From Candidatus Woesearchaeota archaeon (lineage in GTDB: Archaea; Nanobdellota; Nanobdellia; Woesearchaeales; JAFGUC01), in NCBI GenBank assembly GCA_016938695.1, contig JAFGUC010000043.1:119213-183212 (forward strand): a stretch of DNA of 64,000 nucleotides. Reading direction: 5' to 3'. The position numbers were made by a program, and so were the translations under genes. Under the pieces are notes generated by a model. The model saw only the letters and a program-made list of their open reading frames with translations, had not been told where the DNA came from and did no database searches. This document shows positions 19,378-28,953 of the stretch, in pieces; position 1 is the first letter of the stretch, and each line of letters opens with the position of its first letter.

Positions 19378-22300
19378 TTAATCTTCTGTTAAAACAACCC
19401 ATGACCCATGATTACAAATCATATATTGATTTTCTATTTTTTTACCATATTGTGAATTAAACGAATTTGCATTAATTGTAGCAATTCCATTTGAAAAATC
19501 ATCTGTTGAATCATAACAATATCGAACAATACCACCAGCATCATACGAACAAGAATCTGGATTTTTACAACAAGCATTTCCCCCATTAACGTTTAGATTA
19601 TTAAAAGAACCTTGATCAACGGAATTATATCCTGAAGGAATTCCACTTGTTATTTTTTTCCATCTAAATGGTGTAACATATTCAAAATCATCATCGCCAC
19701 AAACAGGTTTTTGAGATTCTTCTAAATCTTTCCAAGTTACATCCCAAGAATAAGACTGTATTCCTTGAATGGATGCTAAGTTTTTTGCAACAACATCAAA
19801 ACCAGGAGTCTGCTGAAGTTCATAAATTAGTTCAGGATAATTATCTAAATCATACTCACGATCTTTATAACATTTTGATTGTCCAGAATCATCGCCACAA
19901 GAATATGTATAAATAAACCAAGAACCTTTACTTCCCTTTAACTGCAAAGATTTTCCTGCCAAAATAGTATCCTCAGAAAGTAAAGCAGTAATACTAGTAA
20001 TAAATCCATTGTCTACATTAGTAATATCATAACCATTCAATTTAGTACAATCAAAAGAGTTTGAATCACCAGCATACCCACAAACACCATTACTACATCG
20101 TAAATCTACTAAAAATTTTCCAGATGTTTTTAATGATAAAGAAGATAAAGAAGAACCAATCGAATCAACACACCAAGTTCTACTTGAACAAGAACCATCT
20201 GCAGATTTTGTTGAAGGGTTGTATGTTCCAGGAAGAAGTTTATTCAAACCATTACTTTGCTCAAAAGATTTTCCAGAAACATATTTCGAACATTTTGCAA
20301 CTCCTGCAATTTCTTCAGCACCCACACAAGTTTCAACTTGATATGTTTTTTGCCAATCATCATACATATCAATATCACCACAAGCTTCAATTATATCAGC
20401 TTCAACCTTTAAATCTCCCAAACAAACATTTCCTCGATCTCCATCACAATATCGCCTAACTAAAACTCTTGCGACATCATTCTTCAATTTATAATCCGAC
20501 ACATCAACTTCACTCATAGATGATAAAGAGCAATCTGAATCAGAACCACAAAATCTATCTAAGATATCATCACGATCAATTGGATCACCTGCTTTGACGT
20601 TCAATTTTCGCTCATAACAAACAGAATTAATATCTTTGACTCTTCCCCAAAACTCATTAATATTCTTATCATCTAATGAACCATAACAACAAGAATGATT
20701 TGCAAAAAAAGGATTTTCTTCTCCATTATACGGATAAGGTTCAATATCACTTTGATATGGAATACAACTATAAACTTCAAGAGGAACTTTACTAATAGAT
20801 TCAGATGAAATTCCAGTCATTCCTTCGCTTTTAGCAGTCAACGTTAAAAAATGCAAATTATGATTTCCAAATGGTCGCGCAGTATCAGAAAATCTAACAT
20901 CACTCATATTTGTTATATCTAAATCATCGTAATCTGCAGGAAAATACATTGTTAAATTCTCAGTAATCAACAAAATTGATGGCGTTTCATTAGAATCAGA
21001 CCATTCGTAGACAATCCCACCGGCATTAATTTCATCACTTGTTGCAGATGCATCAAGTATAAATGGATCTTCAATAGAAGTAAACCTATCGTCAGGATAA
21101 TAATCATTAAATTCAGTAAAAATTGAACGTGACAAAGATGCATCTGCTTCTAACGCATCATCTACCAAAATTCGAACTGTTTGATAATCAATTAAACTCT
21201 GATTATCGAAAATAAACACAGTAACATTATGAGGACCAATAGATAAACCATTCAAATAATAATTTGCCCAAGATTCAGTTTCCTTATAGAATGAAGAATC
21301 CTCCCAAACATTAACATCGTCAGGAAGTTTTGCAGATTCTGAACTAATTATATTTTGGGAAACCATCAAATCCTCAATTTTTCCTAAATAAATACCATCA
21401 TGATAAACATTTGGATAATCATATTTCCCAGACGGATTAACATAAGTAATATTATAATCAGCCATCCAACCTCGATAATGATATTCTATTTTATCACTAT
21501 CTGGATCATAACCTTTAGCTTTAATTACCAAAGTGTTATTTTCCATGACGACAATATCATATTGCTTTGGAACAGGAAGTTTTCCAGGAATATAATCTAA
21601 CACAGGGTTTCTATTTTCAATTGCAAACTGAAATAATTCGTTTTCTCCTTTCAAGAATCCTTTGGGATTAATTATTCTAAAAACATCATTACCCATATAA
21701 TAATCTTTTAGCAAAACGTATTGATACGGATACAAATCATAATCAAACACAGTATATGCCGCCATAGGCGTAAAAGTAACATTGGTAATCTCTCGACGGA
21801 TAATTTCATAAGCTAAAATATACAACGTCATGAATTTAGATTGCTTATTAGAAGTAAAAGTAACTTTCTTACTAACAGAATCTTTTTGAAAAGTAATATT
21901 CAACGGATAATCCATTCTAATTTCAACAGAACCAGACTTAAATTGAACATGAACATCAGGGCTATCAGCAACAGTAACATTATGACTTAATTTTTTTGCA
22001 AACGACGAAAAATTAACACAATTAGGAATATTAACTTCAATAAAGTGTTCCATCTGTTCTTGAATTGAATTAAAACCAGATTTTGTTCCATACATATACA
22101 AACAATCTGCAGCAGTTCTACAAAGAGGGTTTAAAGTATCTGCTCCAAATCGTATTTTATTGTATCTTATCATATCTTCAGTAAATACTGATAAATTATT
22201 CAAATAACCACAAAATGCAGGAGGTTTCCCACTCTTGCCACAAGGATACTGAGGAGCATCAACAGAAGTATAAGATCTATCAAGTGAAACACCATAAGTA

Positions 22301-22617
22301 ACATTTGCAGAATAATTGTGTCCTATATTAAATGGAAGAAAACGAGGATTACTCTGGTATATACTTGCACCTTGATGAGGAAATATTACTCCACCTTGTT
22401 GTTCTAACAAATACAAAGCATCACTAGAAATAGTATCAAGACAAAGTCCAACATAATTTTCAATTGTTGTAGTTTGCAATAAATCTTGAACAATACTGTC
22501 TGCAGCACTATCTAGTTGTCTTTGAATTGCTTGCTCTCTAATATTTTGAATAAAAGAAAAAGAAGCAAAAATCAAAATTCCTAAAACTATAAAAATAGTT
22601 ACTTGAGCACGTTTCAT
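19378..22617 (-). CDS. Giant class III signal peptide (pilin-like) protein, 1079 aa; candidate tip or adhesin subunit
   Basis: The N-terminus is MKRAQ-VTIFIVLGILIFASFSFIQNI, the same motif as the small pilins. The C-terminal half is Cys-rich with CGDD and C..GSW motifs. The start overlaps the upstream gene (ATGA). Confidence 0.8.
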   Translation of the reverse strand: MKRAQVTIFIVLGILIFASFSFIQNIREQAIQRQLDSAADSIVQDLLQTTTIENYVGLCLDTISSDALYLLEQQGGVIFPHQGASIYQSNPRFLPFNIGHNYSANVTYGVSLDRSYTSVDAPQYPCGKSGKPPAFCGYLNNLSVFTEDMIRYNKIRFGADTLNPLCRTAADCLYMYGTKSGFNSIQEQMEHFIEVNIPNCVNFSSFAKKLSHNVTVADSPDVHVQFKSGSVEIRMDYPLNITFQKDSVSKKVTFTSNKQSKFMTLYILAYEIIRREITNVTFTPMAAYTVFDYDLYPYQYVLLKDYYMGNDVFRIINPKGFLKGENELFQFAIENRNPVLDYIPGKLPVPKQYDIVVMENNTLVIKAKGYDPDSDKIEYHYRGWMADYNITYVNPSGKYDYPNVYHDGIYLGKIEDLMVSQNIISSESAKLPDDVNVWEDSSFYKETESWANYYLNGLSIGPHNVTVFIFDNQSLIDYQTVRILVDDALEADASLSRSIFTEFNDYYPDDRFTSIEDPFILDASATSDEINAGGIVYEWSDSNETPSILLITENLTMYFPADYDDLDITNMSDVRFSDTARPFGNHNLHFLTLTAKSEGMTGISSESISKVPLEVYSCIPYQSDIEPYPYNGEENPFFANHSCCYGSLDDKNINEFWGRVKDINSVCYERKLNVKAGDPIDRDDILDRFCGSDSDCSLSSMSEVDVSDYKLKNDVARVLVRRYCDGDRGNVCLGDLKVEADIIEACGDIDMYDDWQKTYQVETCVGAEEIAGVAKCSKYVSGKSFEQSNGLNKLLPGTYNPSTKSADGSCSSRTWCVDSIGSSLSSLSLKTSGKFLVDLRCSNGVCGYAGDSNSFDCTKLNGYDITNVDNGFITSITALLSEDTILAGKSLQLKGSKGSWFIYTYSCGDDSGQSKCYKDREYDLDNYPELIYELQQTPGFDVVAKNLASIQGIQSYSWDVTWKDLEESQKPVCGDDDFEYVTPFRWKKITSGIPSGYNSVDQGSFNNLNVNGGNACCKNPDSCSYDAGGIVRYCYDSTDDFSNGIATINANSFNSQYGKKIENQYMICNHGSWVVLTED

Positions 22618-25600
22618 CGTATTAAACGAGTTTGTAATGCAAAGTCATCTACTAAAGTCTCCCACAAAACCTTGTCGAAACTCGAATCGGAATTAACAAA
22701 ATCATCGTAAAATTTACTTTGAGACGGATCAAATGCATCGTTCACAGTATAATAAATTGTAAAACTAGAGTCATCATGACTACTAAAATCATTCCACGAA
22801 CCTTGATTTGATCTAAACAATTTTATTGAATAATCACTGACTCTATCTTCCTCATATTGTTTAAATTGATCAAATTTAGATGAAATATTTGAAATAACAT
22901 TATCACTAAACTCATCATAAACAACTTTAGTTATTATCTGTTGACCTGAATTAAATCCTGAAACAGCAAAAATGTTTCCAGAATCTGATTTTGATAAATA
23001 CAATTTGTCATAAACACTAAATTCTGCCAAATTCTCATCAACATCAAATGAATTAGAACTAAATACGGATTTGAAAAAATCCAACAATCTAGTCAATACT
23101 CCTCTAGATGATTGAACAAGAGGCATACTAGGTAAACTTCCAGATTTACTGAAAAATAAAATACCTTTTCCAGAATCATAATATGAATATGGTTGCATTT
23201 TATAATCGCCACTTGAAAATAAATCTGACCTACCAATACGGTTAATATCTGTTGAATCAATTACGCCATTACTAAAAGGATCATTATTAAATTCAAGTGC
23301 CATAATAGTCCTATTACCATTTGGATTTTCAGTAGTAACTTCATCAGATGAAACATATCTTAAAACACAACCTTTCCAATTGTATTCTTCAGGATGTTGA
23401 ACAGAAGGAATTGAACCCTTTGTATTAAATACAAAATCAAATCGTCCACAATGCAGAGTATATTCATTGATATCTAAAACATCTGTGAAATTTAATAACT
23501 GTTCAGACATTAAAGCAACTCTTGATTTCCATGAACCAGAATCACAATAATAATCACCTACGTAATAACCATTTGGAATACATTGAACTTCATTGAATCT
23601 ATAAAAATTATACAAAGTAGGAAGATTAGACATAAATCCAGAAACGTATCCATTCAAGAAATTTTGCTGTTCCAAATTATCAAAAGAACTATTATAATTT
23701 GCAGTTGGATTAACTAAACAATCATTTACACGTGGACAATAACCATGAGTTAATCCAGCACCAGTATTAAAATTTCTAATCAAACTTTCTGCCCCAGTTC
23801 CAGAAGGATCTGAATTAGAAGCAGTTTCTTGCCAAGTTTCAACTTTTTCTGATAAAGTCCAAGTTCCATCAATACAACGATAAGAATTATCACCGCTTAC
23901 TAATCGCAACCAATTAGTTGGTTCATCACGTTGATTCTCTACACAAGAATAACCATTCCAACACCAATCATCAGGACAACAACCATCTAAATAAGGTTTA
24001 ACATGATTTTCAATTCCACGTTCGCCAATAGTACTATCTTTTGAATTTAAAGTTCCATCATATAAATATACAGAATTTAAATTATCTACATCTAAGTCTT
24101 CTGCAATAGAAGATAATGTAGTTCTTTTAGAAGAATAAACCTTATCCATTAAATCAACAGCATAATCATTCTTCCAACCTTCGTGTGATGAACAATAATA
24201 AGTTCCTGCAATATCACAACTTGATTTTTGATTTGAACTTGAAATTAAATTGAGTATATTTCCCACTTGAACAGAATTTTCAATTGTAAGACTTAAATCA
24301 CTTGGTAAATCATTAGAACCTAAATTGCAGGAATAAAACTCTCCATTAAGAGCAAGAAGTTTCGAATAACCAACATTAGAACTATCATCATGAACATCAA
24401 CATCAGACATTCTATATGAATCTAAAACTCTCTTACCATTATAAACGAAATTTGAGCTATAACACGCACCAACACCATTAGAAAATTCCCAAGTTTCTTT
24501 AGAATCATCACCACAACATTGCGTATTATTATCTTTTATTAAATCAGAATCTTCAGTAGATTCTAAACCGCCAGCCCAAAATAAACCAGCAGTATTCTCA
24601 CAAGCCCAACCATCATAATCAAAATCTTTATGCCAGGTTCTATCTGAACCACAGAAATAAGACTCTTGAGAATTTCTACCTAAAAATACTCTATCAAATG
24701 CAAAAACATTATAAAAATATGAACCATCAGGTGCTAAAACAACTGGACCCGTCGTATCAACAGTGACATAAATGTTATTTATAGTATAGTCATTATTACA
24801 ACCCTCAAAGGATTCTTTTGATAACTTAAAATTTTGAAATACTCTTGAAAATATATCAGATTGAGGAACATTTGCACAACAAGCATCATCTCTAATACAA
24901 ACTTTTAAATCAGTATTTGGAGAATTCCATGTGAAAAAATCCAAAGCCAAATAATCAAAATCTCCAAAAGTTCGCTTAAACAAAAATTTGTTAGCTAAAG
25001 AATTAGCTATTAACTTTTTGTTATTCAATGAACTACTTGAAGTTCTATACAACAAAGTATTATCAAAACTAGTTTCAGAAAATTTCTCATAATCTGGATC
25101 ATAAACCAAATCTACAACTTGACTTGTTCTTCTAAGTCTACTAAAATAATAATCAGTATCAGACCATTTCTTAGAAGTATCTAAAAAAGTAGGATTCATA
25201 GAATAATAAGTTGGACCAGTACATTCGTATATTTTTGAATCACTACAAAAATACGATTCAATTAAATTAGTATCTCTCCATTCAGCCACTTGTGAAACAG
25301 ATAAAACATTTTTGAATTGATAATAATCGCAACTTGAAACTGAAGAGAAATCATCAGTCGGACAAGCATAAACAACAACATCATAATTTGAACCAACATT
25401 TTGAGGCTTTGAAAATTCAGCATAACCAACATAAATTGGTTTAATCAATCCTGATTCATCAACAGGCGTTGAATAATCATCCAACTGAACTTTAAAAACA
25501 TCATTAACAAAACTTAAATCAGTTTGAACAGTAGAACTACCTGGTTTTCTGAAAACAAAACCAGCATTAGAATTATCAAAAAATGCAATAGAACTTTCAC

Positions 25601-27035
25601 CATTCTTTCTAATACCTATTCTCAAATATCTTTTTGCAGTATCAAATTTAATACCAGATAACAAAAATTCAGATTGCTCATCTATATTAAATAAAACACC
25701 ATCCAAGTAAAGTTCTCCAGACAAACTCTCAGAATCGGAAGGTATATAATTGTCACCATCATCAAATAAAACTAAAACATCATCAGGATTTAAATAATTC
25801 TCATCCATATAATAGCCTACAGAACTTTCACTTGAAACAACATCACCAGATGCGGAACCAATTCTAACAGAATCAATCAAATTAGTCAAATCAGCCAAAG
25901 AAATAGTACTAAAATCAGATACAGAAGAACCTGGCGAATCAGAATCATAAATATCATAAAAATCACTATATGTAGATTGACCATTCAAAGAAGAACTTAC
26001 AACAGAATCAACAACAGTATCACTAATAACATTAACTCCAACATTAGTTGTAAAATCAGAAGCCATAAAATTTTCGCCGTTACAGACTAACCAACCATAA
26101 GAACTAGCCCCCACATAATTAGTTGCAAGTACATCACGATTACCAGTTCCTGAAAACACAGAAGCTAAACCCGATATTTTATCTATCTTAAAAGGATAAT
26201 CTATATTTCTTCTATAAAACACATTTCCAACAGTAGAAGGAATTGATTCTCCTGTAAAAGTTGAAAAAGGAAATCTAGAATCTGCACATAGATATGCATA
26301 GTTAGAATCCTGAGCGATATCATTAACATTAATTGAAATAGTAGTTGAAGATTTACAACAAGAACCTAAACCGGCCGGACAATCAAAATAACCCAAATTT
26401 TGTGTAGCAGGACTTGCTCCATGAAAAGAAACTAAATCACAATTCGAATTAAAATTCAATGGTAAAAATTTTATTTCAGAAAATCTTGAATCAGATACCA
26501 AAGACAAAGTATTTCCTGAAGTATACTCTTGAGAATAAGACGTTCCACGTGAAAACACCCCTTGCGCCAAACCAGTTCCTAGAAGACTAGTAGTTAAGGT
26601 TTGATCAATACAATTTGAGCGATAAACAGAATTTGGATTAACTGTTGCAAATAAATAACGACTAGTTATTATAAAAACCGAAGGTGCAGAACAATCCTTA
26701 CTTCTAACATTTGAAGTAAAAGTTTCACCATTCATGCAAGTACCTAACGTACAAGCTCCAAAATTACAACTAGTAACAGCACTAGAACATGCACTAGTTC
26801 CACAATATTCATAAATACAATCTGAATGACCAGAAATACTTCCAAATGAGCCATAATCAGTACCAGTCTCATCAGCAATACCACAAGATGAATAACTTAC
26901 AGCAGCACAATTAACATCACAAGCTTTACCATACATCCTTGCAGTAGGATCATAAGCAATAACTGAAGAAAGTAAAGAAATAGAAAGTACGACAAAAGCT
27001 AAAAATAGCATATTCCTCTTTTTTGTATTTAGCAA
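22614..27035 (-). CDS. Giant secreted surface protein, 1473 aa; first gene of the operon
   Basis: The track start is a TTG at 27035 with GAGGGG 9 nt upstream, giving MLNTKKRNMLFLAFVVLSISLLSSVIA-YDP, a Sec-type signal. An ATG at 27011 is the alternative start. The protein is S/N/D/Y/C-rich with CCGDD and C.DG.W motifs. Confidence 0.8.
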   Translation of the reverse strand: MLNTKKRNMLFLAFVVLSISLLSSVIAYDPTARMYGKACDVNCAAVSYSSCGIADETGTDYGSFGSISGHSDCIYEYCGTSACSSAVTSCNFGACTLGTCMNGETFTSNVRSKDCSAPSVFIITSRYLFATVNPNSVYRSNCIDQTLTTSLLGTGLAQGVFSRGTSYSQEYTSGNTLSLVSDSRFSEIKFLPLNFNSNCDLVSFHGASPATQNLGYFDCPAGLGSCCKSSTTISINVNDIAQDSNYAYLCADSRFPFSTFTGESIPSTVGNVFYRRNIDYPFKIDKISGLASVFSGTGNRDVLATNYVGASSYGWLVCNGENFMASDFTTNVGVNVISDTVVDSVVSSSLNGQSTYSDFYDIYDSDSPGSSVSDFSTISLADLTNLIDSVRIGSASGDVVSSESSVGYYMDENYLNPDDVLVLFDDGDNYIPSDSESLSGELYLDGVLFNIDEQSEFLLSGIKFDTAKRYLRIGIRKNGESSIAFFDNSNAGFVFRKPGSSTVQTDLSFVNDVFKVQLDDYSTPVDESGLIKPIYVGYAEFSKPQNVGSNYDVVVYACPTDDFSSVSSCDYYQFKNVLSVSQVAEWRDTNLIESYFCSDSKIYECTGPTYYSMNPTFLDTSKKWSDTDYYFSRLRRTSQVVDLVYDPDYEKFSETSFDNTLLYRTSSSSLNNKKLIANSLANKFLFKRTFGDFDYLALDFFTWNSPNTDLKVCIRDDACCANVPQSDIFSRVFQNFKLSKESFEGCNNDYTINNIYVTVDTTGPVVLAPDGSYFYNVFAFDRVFLGRNSQESYFCGSDRTWHKDFDYDGWACENTAGLFWAGGLESTEDSDLIKDNNTQCCGDDSKETWEFSNGVGACYSSNFVYNGKRVLDSYRMSDVDVHDDSSNVGYSKLLALNGEFYSCNLGSNDLPSDLSLTIENSVQVGNILNLISSSNQKSSCDIAGTYYCSSHEGWKNDYAVDLMDKVYSSKRTTLSSIAEDLDVDNLNSVYLYDGTLNSKDSTIGERGIENHVKPYLDGCCPDDWCWNGYSCVENQRDEPTNWLRLVSGDNSYRCIDGTWTLSEKVETWQETASNSDPSGTGAESLIRNFNTGAGLTHGYCPRVNDCLVNPTANYNSSFDNLEQQNFLNGYVSGFMSNLPTLYNFYRFNEVQCIPNGYYVGDYYCDSGSWKSRVALMSEQLLNFTDVLDINEYTLHCGRFDFVFNTKGSIPSVQHPEEYNWKGCVLRYVSSDEVTTENPNGNRTIMALEFNNDPFSNGVIDSTDINRIGRSDLFSSGDYKMQPYSYYDSGKGILFFSKSGSLPSMPLVQSSRGVLTRLLDFFKSVFSSNSFDVDENLAEFSVYDKLYLSKSDSGNIFAVSGFNSGQQIITKVVYDEFSDNVISNISSKFDQFKQYEEDRVSDYSIKLFRSNQGSWNDFSSHDDSSFTIYYTVNDAFDPSQSKFYDDFVNSDSSFDKVLWETLVDDFALQTRLIR

Positions 27036-27171
27036 ATTCCCAATCCCCTCACAAAATAAATATAAACAAAATGAATATTTCTTAATATAGTAAAATATTG
27101 TCCTTTTTAAATATTTCCTTTAAATACCCTTTAAAAAAGTTTAAAAAGTTAAAAATGAAAACTTAAATCGG
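27036..27171. promoter_or_regulatory. Divergent promoter region between the pilin/giant-protein operon and the membrane-protein/peptidase pair
   Basis: The spacer is 136 nt and AT-rich. On the plus strand, tttaaaaag (27140-27148) lies about 28 nt before the ATG at 27172, which has no RBS and is probably leaderless. TATA-like boxes on the minus strand (tttatattta, tatattaag) lie upstream of the GAGGGG RBS. Confidence 0.35.
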
Positions 27172-28953
27172 ATGCACGCAACAACAATTTTATTCAGTTT
27201 TCTACTTGCAATAATTCCTGGATACTTAATTAGTTCTAAAAAAAACATAAGTATTTTTGAAAGACTAATAATAGGAATAAGCATAAATATCATATTTGGC
27301 ATTATTATTACAATAATATACAAACTTAACAAAATTAGTATAATTACATATATAATAACAATTACTATCATTGTTTTAATCAAAAATTTTAATCTAATAA
27401 AAAAATTCAACATTAAAAAAATATTAAAACAAAAAACATACACACTAGCGATATTACTAATTATAGTAATAAGCTCACTGCCAGTAATTCTAATTCACAC
27501 CAATTACACTAAAGAAATCAATAGTTTATATCCTAGTCCACACATTATCAACTCAACAGAATATCGTTTACCCTTCCATGGAGATGAATGGACTCATATT
27601 GCCCAAACACAATACATCAAAGACAATGGAAAAATAGCACTACAGAATCCATACTTTAATACAAACAACACAAGAAAAAAATTAACAGGCATTTTCCAAT
27701 CAGGATTTCATATAATGCTTGCAGAATTTTTTATATTATCAAATTCAAAGATATTAGAAAACTACTGGATCCTTCCATTCCTAGCAAACATTATTTTTGG
27801 AATTATCGCACATTTAATAATAATAAACATATTAAAAAACAAAGAAAAAAAATTCAAAAAATCTATTCTATTAGCAACAGCCATTTGTACATTAACATAC
27901 TCAATACAAGCAAATTCAATTAATTTAATCGCAAATTGGTTCTTGACACCAGTTAATATAGGCATTCTCATTGCTCTTGCAAACATCTTGTTCTACTTAA
28001 AAAACAACAAAACACCAGTTATAATCACTTTAATAGCATTATTAACTATATACGCTCCAATTGCAATAGTAATAACAACAGGATATATAATCAACTGGTT
28101 GATAACAACAAAATTAACAAAACGAAATATAATAATCATAGCAACATCAACAATAATCATTGCAAGTATAGTTTTTTCTAAACTATACCCGGAAATATTT
28201 CAAACAATAATTAAATATCTAATATATCGATCTGAAGAATACATCAACACAGAAATAAAATACAACATCATAAAATTAATTGGATTAAATATAATTGCAA
28301 TTATTTTTGGAATAAAATTAATAACAGATTGTAAAAATAAAAAATACAAAATTTTTTTAATAATACCAATTATTACAATAATAAACATATTACTATTTCA
28401 ATTTACAAACACAACAATTCTACTAAGATATCAAAGAAATATATTTTTATTAAATTCAATATGTTCAATATTGATTGGATTAGGAATATTCAAAATAATA
28501 ACCAAAATAAATAATAATCACAATATTCGAAAAATAATCTCAATAACACTAGGAATAATAATATTAATCAACATCACATATTCAACAATAAATTATCAAA
28601 AAATAAAAACTAAAGACATATTATACCACATCATAGAAATAGAAGATTATAGTTTTTTATTAAATACAAAAAAAGTAATTGGAGAAAAAAACACAATATT
28701 AACAGGAACAATCCCCGCAATGACCATATATCCTACAATTAATAATTATGTTTTAACAATTGCAGGGGGCAATCTTGATCACGGGGACAAAACAATCCCA
28801 AATACATTTATCAAATTAAACTGTACTGAAAAAATGAAATTCATAACAAAACGAAAAATTGATTACATCTGGACATCATTTACATTTGACTGCCCACAAG
28901 CAAAGATAATATACAACGAAAATAATAATTATATCTATAAATTTACAAAATGA
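27172..28953 (+). CDS. Polytopic membrane protein, 593 aa; possible GT-C-fold glycosyltransferase
   Basis: It has more than 10 predicted TM helices, an early extracytoplasmic loop with an acidic motif (FHGDEWTHIAQTQYIKD) and a soluble C-terminal domain of about 110 aa. This architecture resembles ArnT/PMT/AglB-type enzymes. No WWDYG motif is present, so it is not a canonical AglB. The gene is translationally coupled (ATGA) to the prepilin peptidase gene. Confidence 0.6.
   Translation: MHATTILFSFLLAIIPGYLISSKKNISIFERLIIGISINIIFGIIITIIYKLNKISIITYIITITIIVLIKNFNLIKKFNIKKILKQKTYTLAILLIIVISSLPVILIHTNYTKEINSLYPSPHIINSTEYRLPFHGDEWTHIAQTQYIKDNGKIALQNPYFNTNNTRKKLTGIFQSGFHIMLAEFFILSNSKILENYWILPFLANIIFGIIAHLIIINILKNKEKKFKKSILLATAICTLTYSIQANSINLIANWFLTPVNIGILIALANILFYLKNNKTPVIITLIALLTIYAPIAIVITTGYIINWLITTKLTKRNIIIIATSTIIIASIVFSKLYPEIFQTIIKYLIYRSEEYINTEIKYNIIKLIGLNIIAIIFGIKLITDCKNKKYKIFLIIPIITIINILLFQFTNTTILLRYQRNIFLLNSICSILIGLGIFKIITKINNNHNIRKIISITLGIIILINITYSTINYQKIKTKDILYHIIEIEDYSFLLNTKKVIGEKNTILTGTIPAMTIYPTINNYVLTIAGGNLDHGDKTIPNTFIKLNCTEKMKFITKRKIDYIWTSFTFDCPQAKIIYNENNNYIYKFTK

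Noticed and set aside
8213-20459. Plus-strand ORFs antisense to the giant genes (e.g. 8213-8449, 10320-10714, 11713-11955, 14831-15094, 18360-18542, 20061-20459).
   Set aside because: All are fully embedded in long, uninterrupted minus-strand ORFs. Their products are low-complexity (H/Q/N/L-rich) with no motifs, starts with RBS, or conservation signals visible.
27141-27443. A 100-aa minus-strand ORF overlapping the start of the 593-aa membrane protein gene.
   Set aside because: It is antisense to a much longer, coherent multi-TM ORF. It would also have to start inside the divergent promoter region.
27172-28953. The 593-aa polytopic protein considered as the missing pilus platform protein (PilC/ArlJ/TadC).
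   Set aside because: Platform proteins have two repeated halves with large cytoplasmic helical domains. This protein is almost entirely TM helices, plus one acidic external loop and a C-terminal soluble domain, which fits GT-C-like enzymes better. This was not tested by any search.
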